From Octopus vulgaris (taxonomy: Eukaryota), in the NCBI GenBank assembly GCA_951406725.2, contig OX597831.1, forward strand, positions 21,762,001 to 21,826,000: DNA of 64,000 bases, in the 5' to 3' direction. Below, one piece after another: positions 15,205 through 30,133 of this stretch. A program made the translations under genes and the position numbers. Every line of letters starts with the position of its first letter. The stretch's first letter is position 1. The notes beneath the pieces are model-generated. The model was not told the DNA's origin. It worked only from the letters and a program-made list of their open reading frames with translations, and did no database searches.

Positions 15205-15422
15205 TGTGGAGGCGCAATGGCCCAGTGGTTAGGGCAGCGGACTCGCGGTCGTAGGATCGCGGTTTCGATTCCCAGACTGGATATCCCCGAGAACTGCGTT
15301 AAGGGTACACGTGTCTGTGGAGTGCTCAGCCACTTACACGTTAATTTCACGAGCAGGCTGCTCCGTTGATCGGGGTCAACCGGAACCCTCGTCGTCGTAA
15401 CCGACGGAGTGCTTCCAAAAAA
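15205..15422 (+). mobile_element. tRNA-derived SINE family C with 13-bp TSD
   Basis: Head GGCCCAGTGGTTAGGGCAGCGGACTCGCGGTCG...GGTTTCGATTCCC and A-rich end. TSD AGCTAAGCCAGTT at 15192-15204 and 15423-15435. Confidence 0.9.
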
Positions 15423-16256
15423 AGCTAAGCCAGTTCAGAGTTGGCACAAGAACAACAGTGGAATAGACGGAAACGCAAAGTCTGAGGTCAGTGACTATTT
15501 GTTCGTGCCGTTGAGACAGTTTATTTAAGTGGCCTCTTCATGAGAGCCGCATAGGACAATTGTTTGTGCAGCAGCTGCCGTACCGTTCTGAATGTGAATG
15601 TGCAGAAAACCATATATGTTGTCCCAGCTGATGTTTGTAGCTGGTTAATAGATACTGCGTTGATAAATGACTTCCTAGCCCTGTATGTATGTACGGTACA
15701 TATTCAATGCTGGAGAATGATTGATTGAAAAGTAAATAGATAGATAAATATATAGAGATCAATGAGGTGTCTGTATTTGTATGTATCTGCGTGAGGTGAG
15801 TGTAAATCGCACCAGCGATTCAGTACGCTGCATAATGGACATATAAGTGAGACTTTCTTAATAGTGGTTAGCGTGACTGGTTTATTGACAGCCATAGAAA
15901 AAAGCCGCGAGGTCATACCAAAAGTTTCTGACTTAGACATACTTTTAAATCACTCTGGGTTTCTTATTCAAGTAAACAATAGATCGCACCTGATATACTT
16001 ATTTTATATTCTATCGTTGATTCAGCAAAATTGAAAATAGCATTTCATGATTCGTTTGATAGATTTTTAAAGATTTACGTCATCATCATCACTATCATCA
16101 TCATCATCATCGTCGTGGTTGTTGTGGTCATCGTCGTGATGAACGTTAGCGTTGTCATCATCCTTATCACCACCACCACCACCAACAACATCATGTGGTG
16201 GTGGTCGTCGTCATCATCGTCGTTGTCATCATCGTCGTCGTCATCATCGTCGTCGC

Positions 16257-16289
<33 letters not shown>

Positions 16290-16507
16290 TGTCGTCGTCG
16301 TTGTCATCATCATTATCACCACCAGCACCATCATTGTCACCGTGTTCATCATCATCATCATCATCATCACCATCGTCATACTTCGTCTGCCTTTACGTTC
16401 TGAGTTCAAGTTACGACGTGGTCGACTTTGCCATCCATCTTTTCATGTGTCGATAAAATAAGTACTACGAAATTATTGACCTTTTGCTATAATTACCTTT
16501 TGCTATA

Positions 16508-16543
<36 letters not shown>

Positions 16544-16584
16544 GTTGTGATGATGATGATGATGACATAATACCGACCATGCCA

Positions 16585-16621
<37 letters not shown>

Positions 16622-16883
16622 GCTTACCTGGTGCCAAAATTTTACACAATTATTAAGGTCGTGAAAGCTGAGCATGCTGGGCATAATGCTTAGCAGCATC
16701 TCATCCGTCTTCACCTTATGAGTTCAAATTCCACCGAGGTCGACTTAACCTTTTATCTTTGCGGCATCAATACAATAAGTACTTGTTGAACATGGAGTTC
16801 TATCTAATCGACTTAACCCCGCCTCTGAAATTGCTGGCCTTGTGCCAAATTTAATAATTAAGGCGGTTATCTGGCAGAACTGA

Positions 16884-17412
16884 TAACCCGTCGGATAAAA
16901 TGCCGAGTAACACGTCGGATAACCCGTCGGATAAAATGCCGAGTAACACGTCGGATAACCCGTCGGATAAAATGCGAGTAACACGTCGGATAACCCGTCG
17001 GATAAAATGCCGAGTAACACGTCGGATAACTCGTCGGATAAAATGCCGAGTAACACGTCGGATAACCCGTCGGATAGAATGCCGAGTAACCCGTCGGATA
17101 ACCCGTCGGATAAAATGCCGAGTAACCCATCGGATAACCCGTCGGATAAAATGCCGAGTAACACGTCGGATAACCCGTCGGATAGAATGCCGAGTAACCC
17201 GTCGGATAACCCGTCGGATAGAATGCCGAGTAACCCATCGGATAACCCGTCAGATAAAATGCCGAGTAACCCGTCGGATAACCCGTCGGATAAAATGCCG
17301 AGTAACCCATCGGATAACCCGTCGGATAAAATGCCGAGTAACCCATCGGATAACCCGTCGGATAAAATGCCGAGTAACCCATCTGATAACCCGTCGGATA
17401 AAATGCCGAGTA
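16884..17412. repeat. 36-bp minisatellite (about 14.5 units of three related 12-mers) inside a SINE-B head
   Basis: Unit TAACCCGTCGGA-TAAAATGCCGAG-TAAC(A/C)C(G/A)TCGGA. SINE-B 5' sequence (CTGGCAGAA) lies upstream and its continuation (GTATTTC...GAGTTCAAAT) downstream. Confidence 0.95.
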
Positions 17413-17504
17413 GTATTTCTTCCGGTTCTTTAAGTTTTGAGTTCAAATACTGTCGAAGTTGACTTTGATTTTCTTTCTTTCAGTTTCTTGCATGGGGTCC
17501 ACAA

Positions 17505-18492
17505 GGGATCGCATAGTTCGAATGTGGTTTCAGAAATTCAATAGTGGCGATGAGAACCTTGAAGATGAAGAAGGTAGAGGACGGTTATGCAGTCTTGACA
17601 ATGAACAATTGAAAGCAATTGTTGAACAAAACCCATGTCAATGTGTCAGAGAAGAGTCTCAGGTATTTGGTATCGGTATTGCAACGGTCTCACGCAATCA
17701 GCAGAAGATTGGTAAGGTGAAAAAGCTCGATAAATGGATACTGCATGAACTCAATGAAAATCAAAATGTTTGGCCTTTTGAAGTATGCTCGATGCTCTTT
17801 CCACGAAACTCCAATGATCCTTTTCTTGACCGAATAGTCACTTGTGATAAAAAGTGGCTCCTTTATGATAACCGTAAACGATCAGGTCAATGGCTTGATC
17901 GTGATGAGTCCCCTAAAATTTCCCAAAGCCAAACTTGCATCATCAAAAGATTATGGTGACTGTCTGGTGGCCTGCAATTGCTGTTGTCCATTACGCCTTC
18001 CTGGAAGCCAATCAGAGCATTACAGCACAGGTTTACTGCAATCAACTCGCTGAAATGCATGCTCACATGCAAAAAATGAGGTCTTCATTAGTGAATCTGT
18101 GAGGCTCAATTCTTTTCAACGATAATGCAAAGTCATATGTTGCAAGAATGACGCTGCAGAAACTCACAGACTTAGGATAAGAGACTTTACCACATCCTCT
18201 ATATTCTCCTGATCTTTTAACCATTGACTATCTTTTTTAAAGCATTTAAACCCGTTTTAAGTGATAAAACCTTCAGGTCCAAACCAGAAGTGGAGTCAGC
18301 TTTCAAAGATTTCTTAGCATCAAAGCCAATAAGTCTTTATCATCGATGCATAAATAATCTCGTTGATCGATGGCAGTGATGCATATATATACACGGCTCA
18401 TAATTTGACTACTCAAAACATTTCTATTGTTAATTTTTCCAGAATAAAATTGTTTCTGAAATCGGCCGTTATTATTGGAAAAACATAATATA
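17505..18492 (+). mobile_element. Mariner (Tc1/mariner) transposase pseudogene, 5'-truncated, with probable 3' TIR
   Basis: ORF 17459-17959 contains WFQKFNSGDENLEDEEGRGR, KLDKWILHEL and FLDRIVTCDKKW. Downstream frames give KIMVTVWW, DNAKSYVA and HPLYSPDL, with stops and frameshifts. Confidence 0.92.
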
Positions 18493-19141
18493 TGATTGTG
18501 TGTGTGTGTTTGTGTGTGTGTACGTGCGTACGTGCATGTGTGTGTATGTATGGATGTATATGTGTCATAAAAACGTTCCTTTATCGTTCCTGGAAATCCT
18601 TCACCATTTGAAGATATCTTGTTCATTATGTATGGCTTTCTTCCCTTAGTAAATTTTTGATATCTCATCTGAGGTTCTCCATTTCAGAACAGTCACCGAT
18701 ATCCGCCGATTCATAAATCAACCAAACGATATGAAGATTTCCAAACACTATTGGTATTATCTAATACACAGTGTTCACCATTTTGTCTTTAGTGTTGGTC
18801 GCATGACATTTAATAAACGATGATGATGAAAGATTTTTATCAGTTCAATATTCTTGTATCCACAGGATAGCTTCCGTACATTCTGATGGACTCCATTAAT
18901 CTCGTTAAATTTGTTATTGAACGAGCTGTTAGTCGCTTGAAATAACGCAAATACGTGTAAAATCTCATCTCTGAAGTAATAATTTATCTTATCTTCCAGG
19001 ACATTTAAAGGCATACACGCAGACAAATATTCATAGACATAGACTCACATATAACGTATACACACTATTATAAAAATGTGCAATTATATGTATGCGTATA
19101 CATTTATAAATATCTATTGATGTATGTATAAATATTTTCTT

Positions 19142-19203
<62 letters not shown>

Positions 19204-19320
19204 TATACATATACAGCTGGATTTTTATATAAACATATATATACATATAGATACATGTTCTTGAGTGAATATGTATATCTTGTATATATGAATATACATG
19301 TATCTGTATATATGTATATA

Positions 19321-19422
<102 letters not shown>

Positions 19423-19544
19423 CACACACACATATATATATATACATATATTGTATGTGTGTGTATATTATATGTGTGTGTGTGTCTGTGTGTGCTGGCG
19501 TGTGTGACTAAATATATCACTTGGTGTATTTATCGGTCTTCGGC

Positions 19545-19578
<34 letters not shown>

Positions 19579-20071
19579 CTTTATATATATATATATACTT
19601 TAATTTTCATACATATACGAATCTCTATCGACATATTTATACATCTATACACGTAGCTGCGTCTAGCGGCAGCCATATTAAATTGGCAAGGTAGGTTGAA
19701 ATGTGAAAATCATGCCAAGCAGCTGGTTAATAGTGGGATATTGAACACAACTTTACTACGAAAGAAAATGCGATTGATCCACTTGACATTAGCGAGACGT
19801 ATGAACGATTTCTCTCTTTCAATAACTTTTTCGTTTGTAGCTACATTCAGTATGAACGCTGGAACGTGTGTGTGTGTGTGTGGTATATGTTTGTCCGGGT
19901 GTGGTGCATGCATATATACGTGTGTGTCTAGATTCTTATATATACGTACGGAGGCAAATGGATGTAAGTATTAATGTCTGCATATATTTAAATATACATA
20001 CGTGTGTATGTATATATATATATATACATATGTGTGTGTATATATATTGAGATACGCTCGCAGATATATAT

Positions 20072-20112
<41 letters not shown>

Positions 20113-20211
20113 CATACATACAGATATAAACATGCTTAGAAAAATGCATATAAGTATACACACATTCGCAATTAAGTACTCATACATATATACAATATAT
20201 AAATATACATG

Positions 20212-20242
<31 letters not shown>

Positions 20243-20768
20243 ATATATACTTTTATATATTAGTATGTACGTATGTACGTATGCATGTATGTATGTATAT
20301 ATGTATGTGTGTATGTATGCTTTATAAATCAGCTTTCAGGTTTTACAAATGCAATTTTATATCAGGATGACTTGTAGAAAGAAACAAAACAAAAAACGAA
20401 GAACGAAATGAATTCTACATCTTAGTGTGTATTGAATAATGTTCACCTCAACCATTGCCAGACCGGAACACATATACGTATGTGTGTATGTATGTATGTA
20501 TGTATGTATGTATGTATGTATGTATGTATGTATGTATGCATGCATGTATGTATGTATGTATGTATGTATGTATGTATGTATGTATGTATGTATGTATGCA
20601 TGTATGTATGTATGTATGTATGTATGTATGCATGTATGTATGCATGTATGTATGTATGTATGTATGTATGTACCTATCTATCTATCTATCTATCTATCTA
20701 TCAATCTATCTATTTATCTATCTATCTAACTAACTATCTATCTATCATCCTCTATCCCTATTTATACA

Positions 20769-20853
<85 letters not shown>

Positions 20854-20941
20854 TATATATGTACACATGTATATATGTATATATGTATATATGTTTCTTC
20901 ATATAAATATATACACACACAAATATATATTTATGCATATA

Positions 20942-21003
<62 letters not shown>

Positions 21004-21107
21004 CATACATGTATACATATATATGCATATATGACCGTTAAACTACTATGCCTACTTGTTGTTCCCTCACCAGTCTTTTTTTTCTGTAAATTTGAACTAT
21101 CTATCTA

Positions 21108-21160
<53 letters not shown>

Positions 21161-21546
21161 GCATATACATATTTAACTACATGCATAACTGTACACGCAT
21201 TCAGACATTATATACATACATACTCCCATACATACATACATAGATAAATAGATAGATATCGATATATGGAGATATGCAAATATAAATACCGCCAGTTCCT
21301 ATAGATTATTTCATGCAACTTTTCACTAAATTTGGTGCCTCTAACTCAATCTGAAATCTTTGCAGGTCACATTAAGGTCAGATGTTCAGTTACAACAGAA
21401 AATTTACTTCGTATTAGGTAGGCATGTAAACTTAATACGGGATTTATTTGCGAGTTATTGCTTGTGATGAGCGTACATATATAAAAACATTTACATACAC
21501 ATACATTTTAACAAATATGCATGTATGTATGTGTGTATGTATGTGT

Positions 21547-21634
<88 letters not shown>

Positions 21635-21712
21635 ATACATATATATATACCTATACATATACGTATATAAATATATACATGCATACATATATGAATATTT
21701 ACTTGTATTTAC

Positions 21713-21748
<36 letters not shown>

Positions 21749-22229
21749 GTATGTATATATATAAATAAAAGTGAGAAAGTATGGTTGGTGATTACATTGG
21801 TTGCATATACAAGGAAAGAAATAGATGAAAAACATTGAAGATTTGTATTAGTGGACTACAGAATATATTTAAATCGTCATGGCAATAGTAATTGTATAAT
21901 ACTTTCATCTTGACGATTGAAATATATTCTTTCGTCACATAAAAAATATCTTGTGCATTTTCATCTTATTTCTTTCCTTGTATATATATATATATATAAA
22001 CATACATATATATTCCTCTCCCCTTCACCGTTCCCTCTTTCTCACTCTTCCTCCTTGCCCAACTTGTTGCTGATACGTGACCAACGGCCATCCACCTTTC
22101 TTTCTTACACTTCCTTCCTAATGACAAGACGTGCTTTTACCTGTCTCTTCTCAAAGCTCCTTTTTCCAGCGTTCATCCTGTCGCATCGTCTTGGCTCAGC
22201 AGCACACACCGTTTGTCTTTACTCTTTTG

Positions 22230-23070
22230 TTCTTACTGTCCTGTTCTTGTTACCACTTTTACCCCTCCGAAAAAATTCCCACATCATATTTAATTTGCTT
22301 TGCGGGAAGGACTGTTTTAATGAAGTCACGTCTTGTCCCGACCTTTCGAAATGTGGAGTAGATAAAACAGGAAACAACTGATGAAGGGAATGTTCTTTAT
22401 GGTGCCTGTCTCGTTTCTCTATTTTTTGTTTCTTTGGTTGTTCGAAAAAAATGTTCGTTTTCTATGTTTTTGCTTTTTATGTTCTCGTTTCTCATTTTGT
22501 CTACGTGTTTTTGATGTCTTGTACCCAAATATGCATGTATATATACATATATTTATGCATTATATATATATGTATATATATATATATGTGTGTGTGTATA
22601 TATATGTATATTTATATACATATATATATATATAAATACATACATATATATATGTATATATATATATATATATATACATACATATATATATATATATAAT
22701 AATAAATTAATAAGTAAATAAAACACATGCATATATGCATACATATATGTAAGTACCTACCTCTACATGTATATATACATGCATATATGGGTACAGGACA
22801 CCAAAAAAATGTGGAACACAATGAGAAACGAAAACATAAACACAAAACCAAGGAAATGGACATTTTTCTTAAACAACGAAAACAGGACATACAAAGCAAG
22901 GAAAATTCCCCTTCTTCAATCGCCTTTGTTTCATTTACTCCCACGTTTCGAAGGTCAAGACGACACATGACTCTAATGAAACAATTCTTCCCGCGAAAAT
23001 CAAATTAAATAAAATTTGAGACTTTTATGCGGAGGGGTAAAAATTTAAACAAAAACAGGACAGTAACGAC
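22230..23070. repeat. Diverged inverted pair of a non-coding interspersed repeat around a (TA)-rich spacer
   Basis: About 22230-22548 matches the reverse complement of about 22770-23070 (e.g. TTACTGTCCTGTT, TTTTACCCCTCCG, TTCGAAA, CGTTTCTCATT, TGTACCCA). A third copy lies at about 55800-56003. Confidence 0.8.
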
Positions 23071-23546
23071 AGTACAAGATATAAGCAGTAAAAGACAGGA
23101 CAAGGAGAATAACAGTAACACAAACAAGAAGGGCTGTTAAGCCGAACGAGATAAAAGTTTTTACGAACGCTATTTTTTGAGAACGGCAAGGGGCAACAGA
23201 ATTGCCGCCTCTACTTGAAGGTAGCCAGGACAGAAAGACAGTAGCAGAGTTCTCGTCGCGGGTCAACGACGTGAGGGAGGAGGAGGAGTAAGAGAAAGGG
23301 AGATAAAAAGGGAATGGTTGTAGAGAAAAGTATGAAGAATGAGAGAGGGAGAGGGAGAGACAGTAAGGTAGAAGAAAAGGAAAGCCAAAAGAATGAAGGC
23401 TGAGAAAGGGAAGGGGAGAGAGAAAGGTTAAGAGTGAGCATCATTTTTAATATTAAGAACAATCTTACTTAGAAATGGATGCGTGCGTTCCGTCATATAA
23501 TAAATTAATAAATAAATAAAACATATGCATATATACATATATGTAC

Positions 23547-23615
<69 letters not shown>

Positions 23616-23689
23616 GGGAGAGTTTAATTGAAGTAATTTAAGTAATTTAATTAGGTGAAAGTTCTTTTTACCGGTTGCGCATTTGTTAA

Positions 23690-23737
<48 letters not shown>

Positions 23738-23740
<3 letters not shown>

Positions 23741-23931
23741 AGAGTTTACGAAAAAAGCAAAAGTCGATGACAGGTGCTGTACAAAACAAACAGATGTATT
23801 AGTATAACGCTCAGGAATTTAAAAAGTCTTTTACGTTTCGAGCCTACGCTCTTCTACAGAGAGGGACACAGAAAAAAACAAAGATATAAACAAGGAGAGA
23901 GAAAAAAAGAAAGAAAAAATATGTGTAGTGG

Positions 23932-23933
<2 letters not shown>
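23738..23933 (-). mobile_element. Short non-autonomous element in (TA)n carrying a hammerhead-like motif (23827-23864)
   Basis: Homologous to 55497-55695 and 60921-61045. Minus strand reads CTGTAGAAGAGCGTAGGCTCGAAACGTAAAAG. Confidence 0.7.
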
Positions 23934-23973
<40 letters not shown>

Positions 23974-24240
23974 TGGACAGCCGTAGAAACATATAAAGCT
24001 TACGTTTCATATATCCATTGAGGATCTTAGATTCATTATTTTATGTAAATTTCCACTGGATTCACAGTATCTTCGTTCATTGTCCTTTGTCAAGGTTGTT
24101 ACTATATGATTAAGCAATTACCAAATAAAATTGGTAAAATAGAATTTACCTGTACCTGTAAAAATACATACGCTCTATATTTATGTATGCTTATGCTTGT
24201 GCATATCCGTATACATGCCAATTTAAATTTTGTGTGCTAT

Positions 24241-25168
24241 ACTCTTTTACTCTTTTACTTGTTTCAGTCCTTTGACTGTGGCCATGCTAAAGCACCTCTC
24301 TTAGTCGAGCAAATCGACTCCAGGCCTTATTCTTTGTAAGCCTAGTACTTATTATATCGGTTTCTTTTGCCGAACCGCTAAGTTACGGGGATGCAAACAC
24401 ACCATTATCGATTGTCAAGCGATGTTTGGGTGGGGGAGGGGAAGCACAGACACACAAACATATACACACACATACATACACATATATATATATACATATA
24501 TACGACGGGCTTCTTTCAGCTTCTGTCTACCAAATCCACTCAAAATGTTTTGGTCGGCCCTCGGCCATAGCAGAAGACACTTGCCCATAGTACCACGCAG
24601 TGGGACTGGACCCGCAACCATGTGGTTGGTAAGCAAGCTACTTACCACACAGTCACTCCTATGCCTGTGCACATCATTGAACCCAGACGTCTACCTATTC
24701 TCATTTTACATTCCTAGGGGTTTGTTTTACTCGAAATATCTCTAGCATTATTGAATGTTTTAACTGTTATATTTTTCTATCTCTGTATCCTTCGATTAAA
24801 TACATTCATGTATATATATATAATATATACATATATACACATATATATATGAGTGTGCGTGTGTATGTATATAGACATACATACACACACAGGCGCACAC
24901 ATGCCCTCATACTCACACATACAAGCTGACACACACGTACACGCACGCACATACACACACAAACACACTCATATATACATGTATAGACGCAGGAGTGGCT
25001 GTGTGGTAAGTAGCTTGCTTACAGACCACATGGTTCCAGGTTCAGTCCCACTGCGTGGCACCTTGGGCAAGTGTCTTCTAATATAGCCCCGGTCCGACCA
25101 AAGCCTTGTGAGTGGATTTGGTAGATCGAAACTGAAAGACGCCCATCGTATATATGTATATGTATATA

Positions 25169-25242
<74 letters not shown>

Positions 25243-25366
25243 TGTGTTTGTGTTTGTACCTCCAACATCGCTTGACAATTGATGCTGGTGTGTTTACGTC
25301 CCCGTAACTTAGCGGATCAGCAAAAGCGACCGATAGAATAAGTACTATGCTTACATAGAATAAGTC

Positions 25367-25370
<4 letters not shown>
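24241..25370. mobile_element. Two SINE-A copies head-to-head (24241-24665 minus; 24985-25370 plus)
   Basis: Both match the family-A consensus, in opposite orientations. Confidence 0.85.
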
Positions 25371-25409
<39 letters not shown>

Positions 25410-25416
25410 TAGATAT

Positions 25417-25465
<49 letters not shown>

Positions 25466-25959
25466 AGAATATATGTGTGTATGCGTGTATATATGTTTAT
25501 ATATAGAGATACACACACGCTCACACACACACACACGGGTATACATATATATATAAGAAATTAGAAAGTTTCCGAGGACGTGAAATAATTTCTGTTTAGC
25601 AGTAGAACTTGACGTAGACAAACGTGTAAATAACAGCTTGTAAATATTGGGTTAAAATCCCTTTTTGAGAGAAAATTCGTTTTGCAAATATCATTTTCCA
25701 TTTTTTTCCATTTCTTTTCTTTCGACTTCCAATTACCGCACGATGCACCCCTACTCTGATTGTTATTGATCACTCCATTGGAATCTGTCATATGCAATGA
25801 TTCATACTTATTTAAAGACGACAAAAATAAGCAAGACAAAGGTATCTATGAAAAAATTTGCTATTGTTTTTGTTAATATCTCCATTCAAGACAGCATCGT
25901 ATAGTTTTTGCTACGGAAATGAAATGGAAATACATAATGGAATAGAAATTCATAAATGA

Positions 25960-26345
25960 AAAATTTAAATACAATGTGAGAGAAACTAGTGACGCAGACG
26001 TACATCTAGTTATGCAAGTCTCTGAGTGGACTCATGATTCGTGAAGTAATAGTTTCGAGGCAAGGAAAAATAGAAAGGGAAAAGCTTCGCAGAATTGCAA
26101 GTTCTCAACAAGGGCAGGTGACAGAATGGGAAGGAAATTTACTGGGATGAAATATGGAGTAGATCCATAATGCAATTAAGTTTGTGATTCCTTTTACAAT
26201 GGTGTCGTGCTGCCTCATACTAAAATGGTATGACGAATGGAAACAAAACGTAGAAAGAATAAAAAACCTGTTCTCTCCAGCTGTTCACTGTTGCAATATG
26301 GATGTCTTTGGAGACATAATTTAGTTCTCAAGATTCTCTACAGTA
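25960..26345 (+). mobile_element. Highly degenerate HERO-like (RLE-type) LINE fragment
   Basis: Manual translation across frameshifts gives IASSQQGQVTEW...WDEIWS...AIKFVI...VLSSCSLLQYGCLWRHNLVLKIL. This resembles the QQGxWTxW...WxxIW...HILSSC...WRHNxVL post-RT/zinc-knuckle region. Confidence 0.6.
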
Positions 26346-26705
26346 CTATCAAGAACTACATCGACCTTAATTTATTGCGGCAGGAAGCACAGAAAAGATC
26401 TGCCTAACGGTATATCATATTCTAACGTTCAGGAGTTAATTTCTGCTTAAATGCAAAGAAAAAAAAAGAAAAGAAAAGAAACCCTATGACCAATAAATCA
26501 TTTGCCCCGATATGAATGATTCATCTCTATATAATACACCCTAATATATACATCTGGTGTGAGGAAAGGAACTGCCAGATAATATATATAAATATATAAT
26601 ATATAATATATATAATATATATAATATATATATATATAATATCTAAGTTTCTATTTTATATATATATATATATAATATAATATATATATATAATATATAT
26701 ATATA

Positions 26706-26779
<74 letters not shown>

Positions 26780-27215
26780 ATATAGGGTAAGATTAATTCA
26801 TTAATTGATCAATAATTAATAATTCTACCAAGTAGTCAGTAGGTTAAAATAACCGTCTTAGGTGAATTATACAAAATATTCTGTAATTATACACATAATT
26901 ATAATCAGGGGTCAGCTAATTGCTTCGCCACGAACCGAAATTAGAAATATATGTTTATGTCATTAATCTACCATAAGTATCTCCGAGACAATAACACTTT
27001 TTTTTTACACACACACATATATATACATATACATATAAACGTCGGGCTTCTTTCAGTTTCTGTCTACCTAATCCACTCACAAGGCTTTGGTCGGCCCAAG
27101 GCTATAGTAAAAACACATGCCCAAGGTGCCACGCCGTGGGACTGAACCCGGAACCATGTGGTTCGTAAGCAAGCTACTTACCACACAGCCACTCCTGCGC
27201 CTATATATAATATAT

Positions 27216-27840
<625 letters not shown>

Positions 27841-27958
27841 CAGTCTACACATATACCCACATGGGTGTGGGTGCGTACCCACAATACAACATATATATAT
27901 ACATATGAGTGCATATACTCACACTCCTATACGTATAAAAACATATACATTTACATAA

Positions 27959-28010
<52 letters not shown>

Positions 28011-28134
28011 ATAAGAGTAAATAATTTCTTCGATGGTTTTTCAAAAAACCAACAATTATTTACTGGTAGATTTCGGTATGTAAATATAGCCTTTAGTGGC
28101 AGGAACTTTTGTGAAGTTCACAAAAAAAAAAAGA

Positions 28135-28190
<56 letters not shown>

Positions 28191-28926
28191 TATAGAAGCA
28201 TCTGGCGTGAGGAAAGGAATTGCCAGGTACATACTATCGCTCATACCACACTGGCATCGGCTTCTCCCCTTCAGTGGCTTCTCCAACGACAGCGTCACCA
28301 GCCTCCAGTAATATATATCGCCAGAGCAGTAACCAGCATACGAAGATACACAGCGCAAATACAAACATATGGAAACACACGCACACGTACTCCCATACAA
28401 CCAATAATATACAACCACATCCACGCATTCACATTCCTCGTATATGCATATTCGTGCGGCTATACACACTCATACACGCACGCACGCATATATGCTGAGA
28501 CACCCCCTTTGGTCATGACTGACCATGGGATTGCACCTAGAAACCTACCCTCCCAGGCACAAGCCTGGGCAAGGTTGTTTATGGAAGACCAGCATTCGGC
28601 CATTCATACCAGCCTGCCATCTCCACGCCACCAAGTGAACGGCAAAGGGGCCGATACAGTTTGGAGCAACGGGAAATAAACTGTCTTGCTCAAGAACACA
28701 ACACGCAACCCGGTCTGGGATTCGAACTCATAACCTCACGATCGTAAGCTCGATGCTCTAAATTCTGAGCCAAGTGACTTGTTAAAAATCACCAGGGCAT
28801 ATATGATATATGTGTATGTTCGTGTGTGTGTTTGTATGTCTGTGCGTGTGCATAAGTGTGAGTGTGTGCACATGTATATATACAGGGAAACACAGACGTA
28901 TATAAAATATACATAAATACATGCAT

Positions 28927-28990
<64 letters not shown>

Positions 28991-29108
28991 GTAGAAGAAT
29001 AAATTGAAAGATACATAGATGAATTGATATATCGATAGATAATTTAATTGTTTGATAAACAAACAGAACAACCGACAGAAAGGTAGATAGAGATAGATAG
29101 ACAGACAC

Positions 29109-29165
<57 letters not shown>

Positions 29166-29641
29166 TATGTGTAGATGATTTTGATTGATATTTCTAGTTT
29201 CGCTTAACGGCATGTTCAGCCATTCTGTCTCAGCAATTTGTCGAGAACCAGTCAAATTTATAGACTATTGAAGTTGATCTCAGCAATGAATTTATCATTA
29301 CTGTCAATAAAGAGACACACATATGCACGTGTTCGTGTGTTTATATATCATTATTAGACATAACAAATTTCGTAAATATAACGATAATATTTATTCATGC
29401 AAGAGTTTAGCAAAGTGTTTTATGAGCTAGAACAATAGAATTCTTCAGTTGCAGATACATAATGCAATAATATTTAATTTAAACCAATTAAGTGACGCGT
29501 AAAAAAATCACCAGTGCATATATAATATATGTTTGTGTGCGTGTGTGTGTGTGTGTGAGTGAGTGTATGTACGTGCGTGTCTGTGTGTGTGTGTGTACAT
29601 GTATATATACAGAGCAACACATACGTATATACAATATACAT

Positions 29642-29691
<50 letters not shown>

Positions 29692-30083
29692 GTAGTCGCA
29701 GGAGTGGCTGTGTGGTAAGTAGCGTGCTTACCAACCACTTGGTTCTGGGTTCAGTCCCCCTGCGGCCAAAGATATCGATATACAAGTGTCATCTACTATA
29801 GCCTCGTGCCGACCAAATACTTGTAAGAAGCCCATAGTATATATATATACGTGTGTGTGTCTGTGTTTGTCCCCCCTTAACTTATCGCTTCAGATAACTT
29901 ATCGCTTCTAGACCGATAGAATAAGTACTAGGCTTACAAAGAACAAGTCCTGGGGTTAATTTGCTCGACTAAAGATGGTGCTCCAGCATGGCTGCAGTCA
30001 AATGACTGAGATAAATAAAAGAATATACATGTATGTATGTTTGTATCTATCAATCTGTATATATATATGTATGTATATATATA

Positions 30084-30133
<50 letters not shown>

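Noticed and set aside
15205-15275. SINE heads (here and at about 35975 and 53580) as functional tRNA genes
   Set aside because: There is no complete acceptor stem. Each continues into a SINE body, and this copy is bounded by a TSD.
16884-17412. CRISPR-like 36-bp repeat array, and the 233-aa ([12 protein letters not shown])n ORF across it
   Set aside because: The units are contiguous with no unique spacers, there are no cas genes and the context is eukaryotic. The open frames arise because the unit length is a multiple of 3 and lacks stops in those frames.
22340-22400. Possible permuted (type II) hammerhead: TTCGAAA...CTGATGAAGG, also at about 55955-56000 on the minus strand
   Set aside because: I could not build consistent stems I and III, and the third copy reads TTGAAGAAGG.
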